A program made the translations under genes and the position numbers. A stretch of DNA of 64,000 bases from Eledone cirrhosa (taxonomy: Eukaryota), in NCBI GenBank assembly GCA_964016885.1, contig OZ024742.1:328662001-328726000 (forward strand). The letters run 5' to 3'. The notes under the pieces were generated by a model. The model worked only from the letters and a program-made list of their open reading frames with translations, ran no database searches and had not been told where the DNA came from. Shown here in pieces: positions 13,900 to 26,459 of the stretch; positions within the stretch are counted from its first letter, which is position 1, and every line of letters starts with the position of its first letter.

Positions 13900-14272
13900 A
13901 TATTGGAAAATGTGTGAGATCCTTGGTACAGTTAGGTAACATTTGAAAAGTGGAAAAGAATTACTTCACTTGTAGTGCTAAACATTTTTTATGATTTAAT
14001 GTTTTAATATAATATTATAATATTATGAGTTGGTAGATCCAATAAGTTCTTTGTTACCTTCGGTGGGAAGAATTTTAGAGATTACTGGTTAACTTGGGTT
14101 GGAGAACTTTCTCGCATTCGTCTGTCTGTGGCGATTGTTAAACTGAGATCAGGTTGTGTTGAAATGTGTGACTATATATATATAAGAGAGATTTGGAAGT
14201 GTCGGGGGTGTGACATGTGGTGTTAATGATTGTTGATGATGATGAAGGTTCGGAGGAATTAAAGTATACACA

Positions 14273-14354
<82 letters not shown>

Positions 14355-14670
14355 TACATACACACATATATATACACACTCAGAAAATGGTCAGGTTGTA
14401 AGATAAGGATGTTTGAGAAGGTGGTCGTAAACATGTTCTCCTTTGATGAGTATATAATGTCATAGCTGAATCAACTCTTCCAAATCCATAAAGAATATCT
14501 TCTACAAATTTCTATATCAAAGATAAATTTAGGTATTTGTCTGGGTTTTAATGAGGTGTAAGATATATGTCTTTTGATAAGAATGGGGTGACAGGAAAAA
14601 GAGAAAAGAAGGATAGTTTGGGAACATTTGTCAAAGATGTGTTGTTGATATTGGTCTAGGAGAGGAAGTG
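13900..14670 (-). pseudogene. Highly decayed PLE-like RT remnant, interrupted by (CA)n
   Basis: Traces resembling PKF..RY.DDI..IW and SCH.(P)..(K)SL.YS; many stops and frameshifts. Confidence 0.35.
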
Positions 14671-14786
14671 TGTGTGTGTGTGGGGGGGGGGTATGCTGGC
14701 TCATATATTCACTTCCGTATATGTAAATGTATCTACAGTCCATATATATACTACATACAAACACATATCAACAAATATATACATAC

Positions 14787-14817
<31 letters not shown>

Positions 14818-14834
14818 TACATACGCATAAACAT

Positions 14835-14879
<45 letters not shown>

Positions 14880-14904
14880 TATATACACTCATATATATAT
14901 ATAT

Positions 14905-15752
<848 letters not shown>

Positions 15753-15828
15753 TATATATTTATATATATATATATATATCATAAATCATGTCCTTAGAAT
15801 CACTAGATAAAATATATACCATTTCTTC

Positions 15829-15877
<49 letters not shown>

Positions 15878-15951
15878 TTGAGCCCTCTGCCACTCATGTC
15901 GGATTTGTTTATCGTAAACTCGTGAGCTGATTTTCCGATACTCGATTATTC

Positions 15952-16004
<53 letters not shown>

Positions 16005-16005
<1 letters not shown>

Positions 16006-16120
16006 GATGGTATTTGTATACGATGTGTGGCTGCAGTTTCTGTCTAGTAATTTACACTCACAAAGCATTGGTCAATGTTAGGCAGTATAAGTACAGTATA
16101 AGACACTTGTCCAAGACTGT
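16005..16120 (-). mobile_element. Fragment of a second SINE family (CORE-like)
   Basis: CAGTTTCTGTCTA..CACTCACAAAGCATTGG..GACACTTGTCCAAG; related pieces at ~13815-13860 and ~38430-38585. Confidence 0.45.
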
Positions 16121-16540
16121 ATCTTGATATTTCATATCCTTAAGACAAATTCTAAACCGAGAAGTTATTTCCATATAAAACCAAAAGTCAATTTATGTTT
16201 TCTACACCATTTACAATGGGCATGTGTTAGATACACTTTCTATACCAGATACATTTAAATAGCCCAACAATGGAGTGGTTAATTATCACTACCTACATTT
16301 CTCTTCCTCATTATATTGCAGTTTCCGTTTCGGTGGTCTTATTCGCGCCAGTCATCAATCTGGTACTTTGTCAAACACACATATAGATATATATAAACAC
16401 ACACGTGCATATTGTATCTGAAATATATCTTCACGAAAGATGACAATCCTTCCATCTATGCCATGTTGATGATAATGACGGTGATGATGCTGATGACGTT
16501 AAGTGTATGTCATGGTGATGCTTGAGATCACTATTAATAA

Positions 16541-17478
16541 TTGATTCTACTTTTGGCACAAGGCCAACAATTATCTCAGTGCATTACAGCTGCTTCATTT
16601 TATCGACTCCATAAGGATGTAAAGGGACGTAACTATGTTGGAAAGCATGGTGTCTGACGCTCTACCGATACTGCCAAAATGATTCCTAGTATCGGCACAA
16701 GGCTAGTAATTTAGTGGGAGGGGAAAGTCGATTAAATTGACCCCAATATGTTAATGGTGCTTTATCGACCATATAAGGTTGAAAGGCAAAGTTAACGTCG
16801 GAAGGATTTCAACTCAAACCGCAAAGGGCCGTAACACCATGCTGCAAAGCATAGTGTCCGACCCTACCGATACTGCCAATCCACCGCCCTGAGATCACTA
16901 TTAATAATAAAAATTATTATTATTTCTAAATTATACATAAGGCCAGTAATTTGAAGGGGAGTGGAAAATCGATTACATCAACCCATATGCATTACTGGTA
17001 ATTTATTTTATCGACTCCGTAAGTATGAGAAGCAAATCTAGCCTCGGTGGGATTTGAACTCAGAACATAAAGGGCCATTACTCTCTACTACAAAGCATTG
17101 GCTCTGACGCTTTACCGATACTGCCAATCCACCGGTTTATGATTTAGGCACAAGGCCTACAATTTATGGAGGATTAGGAAAGTCGATTAATTCGATCCAA
17201 TGTGTTACAGGTACGTTAGTTTATCGACCACGTAAGGATGACAGGCAAAGCTAACTCCGGCGGGATTAGAAATCAGAAAGGAAGGGGTCGTAACTATATG
17301 ATACAAATCTTGTTCTCTGGTGCTCTACCGATCCTGCCAATCTACCACGCTTCATAATAATAATTGTTTCTACTTTAGACACAAGGCCAGCAATTTAGGG
17401 GGAGGGGAAGTTGATTAAATCGACTACGTTACTGGTGCTTTATTTTATCGAACCCGTAAGGATGAAAGAGAAAACTAA
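16541..17478 (-). mobile_element. Cluster of five tandem SINE copies
   Basis: Five successive reverse SINE cores (TTATCGAC...AAGGATGAAAGGCAAAG). The first two are bracketed by a 19-bp repeat TGAGATCACTATTAATAAT (16522, 16890). Confidence 0.85.
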
Positions 17479-17502
17479 CCTCGGCGGAATTTGAGGTTAG
17501 AA

Positions 17503-17541
<39 letters not shown>

Positions 17542-17674
17542 CAGTAGTAGTAGTAGTAGTAGTAGTAGCATTAATAATGGTAGTATTAATAATAGTAGTA
17601 GTAGTAGTAGTAGTAGTAGCATTAGTAGTAGTCGTAGTAGTAGTAGTAGTAGTAGTAGTAGCAGTAGTAGCATC

Positions 17675-17706
<32 letters not shown>

Positions 17707-17794
17707 CAGTAGTAGTAGTAATAGTAGTAGTAGTAGCATCAGCAGTATTAATAGTAGTAGTAGTAGTACTACTAGTAGTAGTAGTAATAGCAGC

Positions 17795-17844
<50 letters not shown>

Positions 17845-17908
17845 CAGTAGCATCAGCAGTATTAATAGTAGTAGTAGTAGTACTACTAGTAGTAGTAGTA
17901 ATAGCAGC

Positions 17909-17955
<47 letters not shown>

Positions 17956-17968
17956 AGCAGCAGCAGCA
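17503..17968. repeat. (GTA)n microsatellite with higher-order ~110-bp duplication
   Basis: Read directly; the variant block GCATCAGCAGTATTAATAGT...ACTACTAGT occurs twice. Confidence 0.95.
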
Positions 17969-18807
17969 GGATAAGGAATCTGTTTCATTCATTATAATTA
18001 AGAATATTTTCTCCCCATCTAAGGAAAAAATCTGTTTAAGACGAAACAACAAGAGTAAGAGCAACAACTACACCCACGGCGATATAAATAAGAAAACAAC
18101 AACAACAACAACATATTGGTGAAACCGTCTACAACAGTAGCAGTGACGACGACGTTCATATAAATAACAATAACAACAAATAAAACAAGAAGAAATATCT
18201 AATGAGAGGAAGTGGACAGTTAGGAATTAATTAATGTTGAAATTAGTGAAATTTAATGAAGGTTAATTTTCAGATGCCAATAGATGGTGGTCACAGGGTG
18301 AGGGAGGCGGAAGAGGAGGGGCGGAGGGGGTATCTTGATGGTGCGTCAATGATGTTGGTGAGGAGGTAGGGGGGGGGGTGTATTTTTAAGGTCAAAAACT
18401 ACGTTAAATATTCACTGATTTATAACATTCTAGGTTTGAATGTTGCGGTTTTTTTCTGGCTATGAAACGACAGATTACCCACACATGTATACACAAGTAT
18501 ACAGGCTCACACAAGCTCGCATACACTCACACAAGCTCACACACATTTCTATCATTCCATCGCACACATGCATACTCGTACAAAAGTTCTATGTGTATAT
18601 ATATATATATATATATATAGTCTTCACATTTATTATTGTTACTATATATATAAACAATGAGTTAGATATATAAATATATATATGCATATATGTAAGTATG
18701 TATGTATGTATACGTACATACATATATGTATACAAACATACAGCCCGAATTACGCCGTACAGTGTTTAGGCAACCACGTCACATTTTTGTTCAACACTGA
18801 CACAGGA

Positions 18808-18850
18808 ACGATGTACTAGTTTCAAGCTTATTAGCTATCGTCAGCATCGT
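18808..18850 (-). ncRNA. Minimal hammerhead ribozyme (family A), intact core
   Basis: ACGATG-CTGACGA-T AGCT AATA AGCT T-GAAA-CTAG-TA-CATCGT: 6-bp helix I, 4-bp helix II, palindromic loop III. Confidence 0.85.
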
Positions 18851-19240
18851 ATACTTTCCTGCCAGATGGTTGAACGTCTGAAAGTATATGCTTTCCGTAA
18901 TTAGGGCTGTTTGTTTGTTTACAAACAAACCGAGCATTATAATACATTTTCGGTAAACTGATACGTGCATATATAAAAGTGTGCATGTATATATATAAAT
19001 ACTACTGTACGTATGTATACATATATGTATGTACGTATACATACATACATACATACTTACATTTAAGTAACTGCCGTACTAAGAGTGAGAAGTGAAATTT
19101 CGTTTCATTCTATTCCATTTATCGTTTCGGTGCGCCCGGCCGACTAAACTCACTCGATATGCAAATTAGGCTGCTCAGCCATTAATATGTATAAGGAAAG
19201 TATATACTTTCAGACGTTCAACCATCTGGCAGGAAGGTAT

Positions 19241-19283
19241 ACGATACTGACGATAGCTAATAAGCTTGAAACTAGTACATCGT
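19241..19283 (+). ncRNA. Minimal hammerhead ribozyme (family A)
   Basis: ACGATA-CTGACGA-TAGCTAATAAGCTT-GAAA-CTAG-TA-CATCGT. Confidence 0.8.
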
Positions 19284-20207
19284 TCCTGTGTTGGTGTTGA
19301 ACAAAAAGGTGACGTGGTTGCCTAAACACTGTACGGCGTAATCCGGGCTGTTTGTTTGTTTACAAACAAACCGAGCATTATAAAAAATGTTCAGTAAACT
19401 GATACGTGTGCATGTATATATATAAATACTACTGTACGTCTGTATACATATATGTATGTACGTATACATACATACATACTTACATTTAAGTAACTGCCGT
19501 ACTAAGAGTGTGAAATGAAATTTCGTTTCATTCTATTACATTTATCTGCATATATATATATTCTAACATATGTTGCTTTCTTCTTGCTGCTTTTTTTCTT
19601 CCTTTCTTCTTTTCGTTCTCTTAGTTCTGTTTCTTTCTCGTGCTATGTGAGGCACCAGTCATTTTCCCTAACGTCATACAAAATTGTATATGTTTTGTAG
19701 TTTAACGGCTATAAATTACTGCTTCTCTTTCGTCTCGTACTCCTTTTTTTTGGCAACATTTGGCTTCTGTCAGACGCTGTGACCCTGAATGTACAAGCAG
19801 TGACGTTGGTAAGGGTAAAAACTATTCAAGTCCATCTCAAAGGCCGATGATCGAGGAGTCTATGTTTTAAATTTGTATACTCTTTTGCTCTTTTACCCGT
19901 TCCAGCCATCCGGCTGAAGCCAAGCTGGGGCACCGCCCTTGAAACAAAGTTCCCATGCCATGAAACGACCCCGGGCGTTATATTTATTTTCAAAGAATAA
20001 TTTTTAAGGTTTCCCCTTAAAAAGTTTTTTTTTCGTTTTGTCTCGTTTCCGTTTATTACCGCAACAAACCATAGCGTTCCAGACCATACATAAGCATGTT
20101 ATACACAATTATACAATACCATATTAAGCCATGAAATACGATTCCATGCCTTAACCTACCTTACTACACTACAACTATTCCACAATAGGTTATACTGTAC
20201 CTATAAC

Positions 20208-21095
20208 CAGAGGCGGACTAGCCAGGTTGTCAGGTTGCCCAATGGCAAGTGAACACCAGGGGGCCCTCGGTAGTATTTTAGGGCCCACTGTAGTATATTA
20301 GGAGCCAATGCTTGCTTTCAAAAATACCTGAAATCTGAGAGAAAAAATGGAATTTTTTTAAATATATAAAACAATTAAGCAAAGCATTTGGTTAACCAAT
20401 TCCCCAGGGAATTACTAAAAATCGACCTTAAGTAGGATCAATAACATTAAGAAAGACATGAACGACACTGCAACACTTTGTTTTGAACATTTTGAAAGTA
20501 GTTTTATAAGTATGGGTTTTCCTCAGATTTTCGTAGTTGCCTCTGTGGCATAGCAGTAAGAAGTGGAGACTGTGGAGCTCATCACCTTGGGTTCAGTCCT
20601 GGTCAAGAGGTACATGTTTTTCAGTTTTTATTTAACAACCAATAGAAAAAAAACTGAAAATGTTCACCCGGAACCCTACTCTCGTCCTGGATCGAACTTC
20701 AGTCCAGGATCACCACCGTCTATGATTCCTCCAACTATGCCACCAAGACAGCTACGAAAGTATAATGAAAATTGATAATTATAAACCTACTTTCAAAATC
20801 AAAATTAAAAAGATGTGTTGTCGTTCATGGCTTTCCTTAAGGTATTAGTAATATTTAAAGTCGACTTCTCGTCGTTATTGAAAGTCTCTGGATTTCGCAA
20901 ATAACATAATATTTTTTTAATTGGAGAAGGTAAGATATTTTTCCGCAAAAATTTGATTGCACTGTTTTGTTTCCACTTATGTATTTTTCGAAAATGTTAT
21001 TTATTCATTATAAAAATTAAATGATAGCATTCTATATGCAAGTGGGACCCCTTCATCTCCTGGCAACCAATATCTTTAGACCCAGTCCGCCACCG
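20208..21095. mobile_element. Non-autonomous hAT-type element (MITE)
   Basis: Ends CAGAGGCGGACTAG / CCAGTCCGCCACCG; 8-bp TSD CCTATAAC / CTTATAAC; internal inverted repeat ~20445-20845. Confidence 0.8.
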
Positions 21096-21221
21096 CTTAT
21101 AACAACAGTTATATCAGAGTATCATAAAGATATGACACTCGACCTACTACTTAGAAGTATTACGAAATAGAATGTAGACGCCATGTATGGAAGGCTTTCA
21201 CCATATATCTACGTGTTCAAG

Positions 21222-21416
21222 ACAGCTCTAGAGCTATAATGCAGTAGAAAGCAAAGGATATAAAGAGAAGGAATATATCTATATCTATATATATGTGTAT
21301 GTATGTGTGTGTGTGTGTGTACGTATATATACGTACACACAAACTCGCACACATATATCTTTCATTCTCTTTATTTATCTCATCTGCTTTCTACTGTATT
21401 ATAGCTGTAGAGCTGT
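21222..21416. repeat. Inverted repeat with ~60-bp arms around a TA/TG spacer
   Basis: ACAGCTCTAGAGCTATAATGCAGTAGAAAGCA versus TGCTTTCTACTGTATTATAGCTGTAGAGCTGT. Confidence 0.75.
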
Positions 21417-21418
21417 AC

Positions 21419-21538
21419 AAGAAGAAGAAGAAGAAGAAGAAGAAGAAGAAGAAGAAGAAGAAGAAGAAGAAGAAGAAGAAGAAGAAGAAGAAGAAGAAGA
21501 AGAAGAAGAAGAAGAAGAAGAAGAAGAAGAAGAAGAAG
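21419..21538. repeat. (GAA)n microsatellite
   Basis: About 40 perfect units. Confidence 0.98.
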
Positions 21539-22189
21539 GTAGAGGAGAAGGAAGAGGAGGGGAAGAAGGTGGGGGAGAAGGAGGAGGAGGCAGGAAGAAA
21601 CAAAAGAAAAAGATAAAATGAAAAAGATACGAGGGAAGAAATGAGACTCAAAAGAGAATAAGAAAGAGAAAAAGAGAGAATAAGAAAGAGTAAGGATGAA
21701 TAAAGAAGAGTGGAAATATGAAAAGAGTGTTTCAGAAATTATTATCTCACAATGTATTAGAGTGCTGATCCTCCCCATTACTCATGTGTAAGCTCTTGGT
21801 ATGACGGCAGACACCATATGTTTCCTGAAATCACACCATATGGCTATTTTCTTATTAAAACACCAGCACACCATCACGCCATCACACCATCACACCATCA
21901 CACCAGCATAATCTCTGCAAGAAAACAACAAACCGGAACACGAACACACCGACACACCATCAAACTTAAAACACCAGCACACCAACACACTGACAATTTA
22001 CTGTAAGAAAATAACATTTATCATAGCATCATATCCCACGCCACTCAACACTCGTTCAAAGTAAGCACCACCCCGTTAGCGAACCACTGACTTGCATTCT
22101 CACCCCCCACTGTTCTTAGCAACACCATATGAAGTCTGTCTGTAGCCTTTAAATGATAAATAAGTGTGTAAATATATAAATATAAATAT

Positions 22190-22249
<60 letters not shown>

Positions 22250-22829
22250 TATATGTGTGTGTGTGTAGACAGATAAATAAAACGGGAATGCAGTAGAAGC
22301 AAAGAAGAAGATGAAGAAGAAGATAATGGGGTTAGTCCGAATGAAGAATATATATTTACCTTCACACACTGAATTGGTGACAGTCGAGTGGTTAAATCAT
22401 GAGAATTATATCCATGTCACCTTATCAGCCACGTTGAGTTGTGATCAGGTCTGGGGCACGTAACTGATATTGTCACTAGTCAATAAGTAAGTACAAGAGT
22501 AAGTACAAGAGCCCTATTTATTATTTTTTATATCCATTTGTTTATCTAACCTTTTGTTTAATGACAAAAAGAAAGAAAATGAAAAATAAGAAATAAACTG
22601 AAATGGGCGGACACACACTTCATACTTGCCGAGACGTGACACACACAAAAACACACACGCAGAAGGTTTATTCGTATTACGATAATCTCTCGGTTTATAC
22701 GCGATCTCATAGCAATGTTGGATACAGAGAACTGATGTGGAGTTCTGCAGTTGGCTACACCAAATTTCATGGATCGCGATGCTGCATACATAACGCCCAT
22801 AATTAAACACTATTTCATATATATAAAGT

Positions 22830-22936
<107 letters not shown>

Positions 22937-22965
22937 GTATGTATATATATATATAATGAAAATAA

Positions 22966-23781
22966 AAGTTACGGGCGAAAGAGGGTAATATCCATCACCA
23001 GTTGTCTGCTAGGAATCATAGGTATTTCTAAGCGTTAGAGGCAATATACCTCAGCCTAGAGCGAGCAATAACTAAAATAAGTTATTGGGATAAACAGGGG
23101 GGGGGGGGGGGGGGGGGGGACGTAAACAGACACGAAAAGTGAAGCAACGTAAAGAGAGGAAAAGTATGAAGTCAACAAACTTTTTCGGACATAAGTCCAG
23201 GCAAGTTTGACATTAGAACAGACACGACTTTACTGTACCAGTGTGAGCGAGAAAAGAGACTGCTTGTAATGGCGCTCGAGGATGGAAGAGAGTTAGCAGA
23301 GAGAGGGTGACTAGCAGAGAGGGAGTGAGTGAACGTAAGAGGAAGCGAGAAAGAGATAGTTATAGTGGCAGGCTAGCAGAGAGAAGGTGACTAGCAGGGG
23401 GGTGAGCGAAAGTAAGAGGGATAAGCAGAGAGAAGGGGGAGAGTTGATAGCAGCAAGGGGAGAGAAAACACGGATCACAGCGGATAAGGAAAATTATATG
23501 AATAAAATGGCGGGCTGTGTGGTTGCATTTTAAGTATAATGAAAAGACGTGTCTGTTCTCCATCTCACTTGCCAGGACTTATGTCCGAACAAAGTTTATT
23601 GACTTGATATCTTTCCTCTCTTTACGTTGCTTCACTTTTCTCTCTCTCTCCCCACCTTTTTTTTATCGCAATAACTTATTTTAGTTATTGCTCGCCCATA
23701 TTGTCTCTAACGCAAAGAAATACCTATGATTCCTAGCAGACAACTGATGATAGATATTAATTACCCTCTTTCGCCCGTAAC

Positions 23782-23806
<25 letters not shown>
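22966..23806. mobile_element. Palindromic non-coding element (family K) in (TA)n
   Basis: Arms ~22966-23210 and ~23563-23806 are inverted; purine-rich spacer with CTAGCAGAGAG repeats; diverged relative at ~24400-24545. Confidence 0.8.
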
Positions 23807-23827
<21 letters not shown>

Positions 23828-23829
<2 letters not shown>

Positions 23830-24360
23830 GATATTAACAAATGGAAACTATATTTATAAAACCATATTTATTTCATTATACATATTTCAAGGACACCAAG
23901 TTAAATTATAGTGTGCTTTCATCAGACAAAATATAATATAGATCAGTTTTATAAATAAATATTGACATACCCTTAAAAAATGCAACCATTACTGTTGGAA
24001 GCTCCCGGATAGTGGAGTCGTTTACTTATATTATTATTATATAATAATTAATATTAATAATAATATAAGTAAACAACTCCACTATCCGGGAGCCTCTAAC
24101 AGTAATGGTTGCATTTTTTAAGGGTATGTCAATATTTATTTATAAAACTGATCTATATTATATTTTGTCTGATGAAAGCACACCATAATTTAACTTGGTG
24201 TCCTTGAAATATGTATAATGAAATAAATATGGTTTTATAAATATAGTTTCCATTTGTTAATATCGTATGTTTACTCCAAATATTTGTTGAGTGCTTTATA
24301 TCAGTAATAAAAATATTTGCTTGTTGTATCCCAACAATTTAAATAGAACTTTTGCATATA
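23828..24360. mobile_element. Palindromic pseudo-LTR-only element (family C)
   Basis: ~215-bp arms 23828-24040 / 24045-24268 plus a tail; homologous to pLTRs of the PLE at 52844-57670; HHR in each arm. Confidence 0.88.
24161..24225 (+). ncRNA. Hammerhead ribozyme (family C)
   Basis: TATTTTGT-CTGATGA-AAGCACACCA...TGGTGTCCTT-GAAA-TATGTA-TA-ATGAAATA. Confidence 0.8.
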
Positions 24361-24566
24361 ACTTTCTGTTGCTTAAACCATTTTGTTTGTTCACCCTAGC
24401 GTCCCCTTTATTTACGTGTCCCAACGACTTTTTTTAGCCGTTGTTCGCACCAACCTGAGGTAAATGGCCTTTAAAGCGATGAAATGCCTAGGACGGTTGG
24501 AAGGCCACTGATGAAGAACTTACTTTTTCATATGTAACCCATTTGCAACGCCGCTGCTCCATTATT

Positions 24567-24597
<31 letters not shown>

Positions 24598-24644
24598 TGA
24601 AAGGATAACAAGGACGATTGATTACTCCTTCATTGCATTTATTT

Positions 24645-24731
24645 AGGTGACGCGCGTTTCACCACTGATCAGCTTAAGGTGCGATCTGTATCGATCATAC
24701 CCGAATCAATAATCGGCAGCTCGACGGACCC
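24645..24731 (-). ncRNA. Decayed hammerhead with long branched helix II (family D)
   Basis: GGGT-CCGTCGA (core mutated)-GCTGCCGATTA...TGATCAGTGGT-GAAA-CGCGCG-TC-ACCT; relative at 62011-62098. Confidence 0.6.
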
Positions 24732-25157
24732 TCTTAAAATGCTATAAGAAAATGAAATACATGCTATGTGGTAAAGTCAGAGTTTCAAGAGTTTGACAAA
24801 ATGAGTTGTTTTGATTGGTGGGAAGGATCAAGGCGATGTACTGGCCTGTAGTGTATATGGGGGTGGGTGTGATGGTGAGATGTTGGTGACGGTCGGTGGA
24901 TGAGATGGGCTGTGGTGTGGTGGTGGTGGGTTGGCCTTGGCGTGTAGAGTATGTGGGGGTGGATGTGATGATATGATGGGGGTTATGGTCGCTTACTGGG
25001 ATGAGCTGTGGATTGTCGGTAGACGGGTTGGCGTTGTGGGGGTGTGGATATATATATATATATATATATAGTAATAATAATAAATTTGAAGACTAAAATC
25101 CAAAGAGGGCTCGATAAGGATAAATATATATCAAATATATAAGAACCGTAGAGCAAA

Positions 25158-25320
25158 TATTTATTAAAATAACAGATTAAAGTTTAAGCAAAGAATCGCT
25201 GCTTTCACCCTTAACGGGATCTTCTGAAACTAACAATGTCAATCTGTAAACGCAGAAGTGGATAAGGGTGAAAGCAGCGATTCTTTGCTTAAACTTTAAT
25301 CTGTTATTTTAATAAATATA
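25158..25320. repeat. Palindrome with ~57-bp perfect arms next to (TA)n
   Basis: TATTTATTAAAATAACAGATTAAAGTTTAAGCAAAGAATCGCTGCTTTCACCCTTA and its reverse complement; the minus strand has CAGAAGA-TCCC GTTAA GGGT-GAAA. Confidence 0.85.
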
Positions 25321-25638
25321 TATATATATATATAAGAAATTAACACTACAGACATTGGCTGGTGTGCATATCTTGGTTAAGACCAGCCGATAAGTTGTCG
25401 AAAGCATCACCGAACAGAGCAGCCGGCGGTACCCGCTGCATCACACATTACACATTCCTGTCCACTGGGCTTCTTCTTCCATTGAAAGGCGGAGAGAAAT
25501 GTTCCTTCGGTGACTGAAGTCCTGGAGCTCTCAATGGTGAAATTTCTTATCTCTGATATATGTAGGACCCGATGAGTTACTTGGTTGCATGAATTGTCCG
25601 CTTGACAACTTATAGAGATAGCCAGGCAGAGACAGAGC

Positions 25639-25709
<71 letters not shown>

Positions 25710-26134
25710 TGGAGGCAGGGGAGAGAGAAGGAGGAACGAGCCAAATAGTAAAAGAAAGATAAAAAGGGATTTGACACACGCGTTGAAGTAGGTAAATTCT
25801 GAGAGTGATTAAGAGACTGCGAACCACTGAAGTGAGAACTCACGCAAAAACACATACTCATATGCACAAACACATTAACACATGCACACACACACTCACT
25901 GACACGCACGCAGAGACACACACACACAAGTAATTGTCACCCACTGAGATAGATGATTTGTTTAATGCTATATTTACAGTGTCTGGGCGTTCGCAACGAA
26001 ATAAATAGATTTAGTCAAATACAGAAATAGTGAATCCATTTATTTATTTTTATTAATACACCTATAGACTTTTATGTAATTTATCTAACTTTACCAACAG
26101 TGGCACATGTATACTTGCATATCTACGTGCCAAT

Positions 26135-26253
<119 letters not shown>

Positions 26254-26269
26254 ATATATATATATATCC

Positions 26270-26319
<50 letters not shown>

Positions 26320-26321
26320 GT

Positions 26322-26357
<36 letters not shown>

Positions 26358-26378
26358 GGATATATATATATATACAAT

Positions 26379-26457
<79 letters not shown>

Positions 26458-26459
26458 TT

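Larger units (their letters stand above)
18735..19545. mobile_element. Non-coding HHR element family A: short inverted piece plus >1 unit
   Basis: ACTTACATTTAAGTAACTGCCGTACTAAGAG at ~19054 and ~19477 (period ~423); HHRs at 18808-18850 (-) and 19241-19283 (+). Confidence 0.85.

Noticed and set aside
16541-17478. CRISPR-like repeat array
   Set aside because: The repeats are ~170-220-bp SINE copies in eukaryotic DNA; no spacers or cas genes.
17429-18122. Poly-Thr/Leu/Val ORFs resembling a mucin
   Set aside because: (GTA)n microsatellite open in several frames.
19773-19813. Possible 35-nt micro-exon (CAG|...|GTAAGG)
   Set aside because: Splice-like signals only; no partner exons or recognisable peptide.
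20539-20611. Functional tRNA-His gene
   Set aside because: Stems pair poorly and it lies within a MITE; treated as tRNA-like only.
21293-21778. Poly-Lys/Glu/Phe/Leu ORFs
   Set aside because: (GAA)n repeat.
23009-23059. SECIS element or box C/D snoRNA reading of the family K motif
   Set aside because: The k-turn polarity is opposite to SECIS (the canonical helix, not the G.A helix, leads to the apical loop), and no upstream box C or terminal stem is seen.
25345-25530. HHR-like words (GTC-GAAAGCATC-ACCGAA ... TTCGGTGA-CTGAAG)
   Set aside because: Core elements are not in a valid register; kept only as a hairpin-rich remnant.
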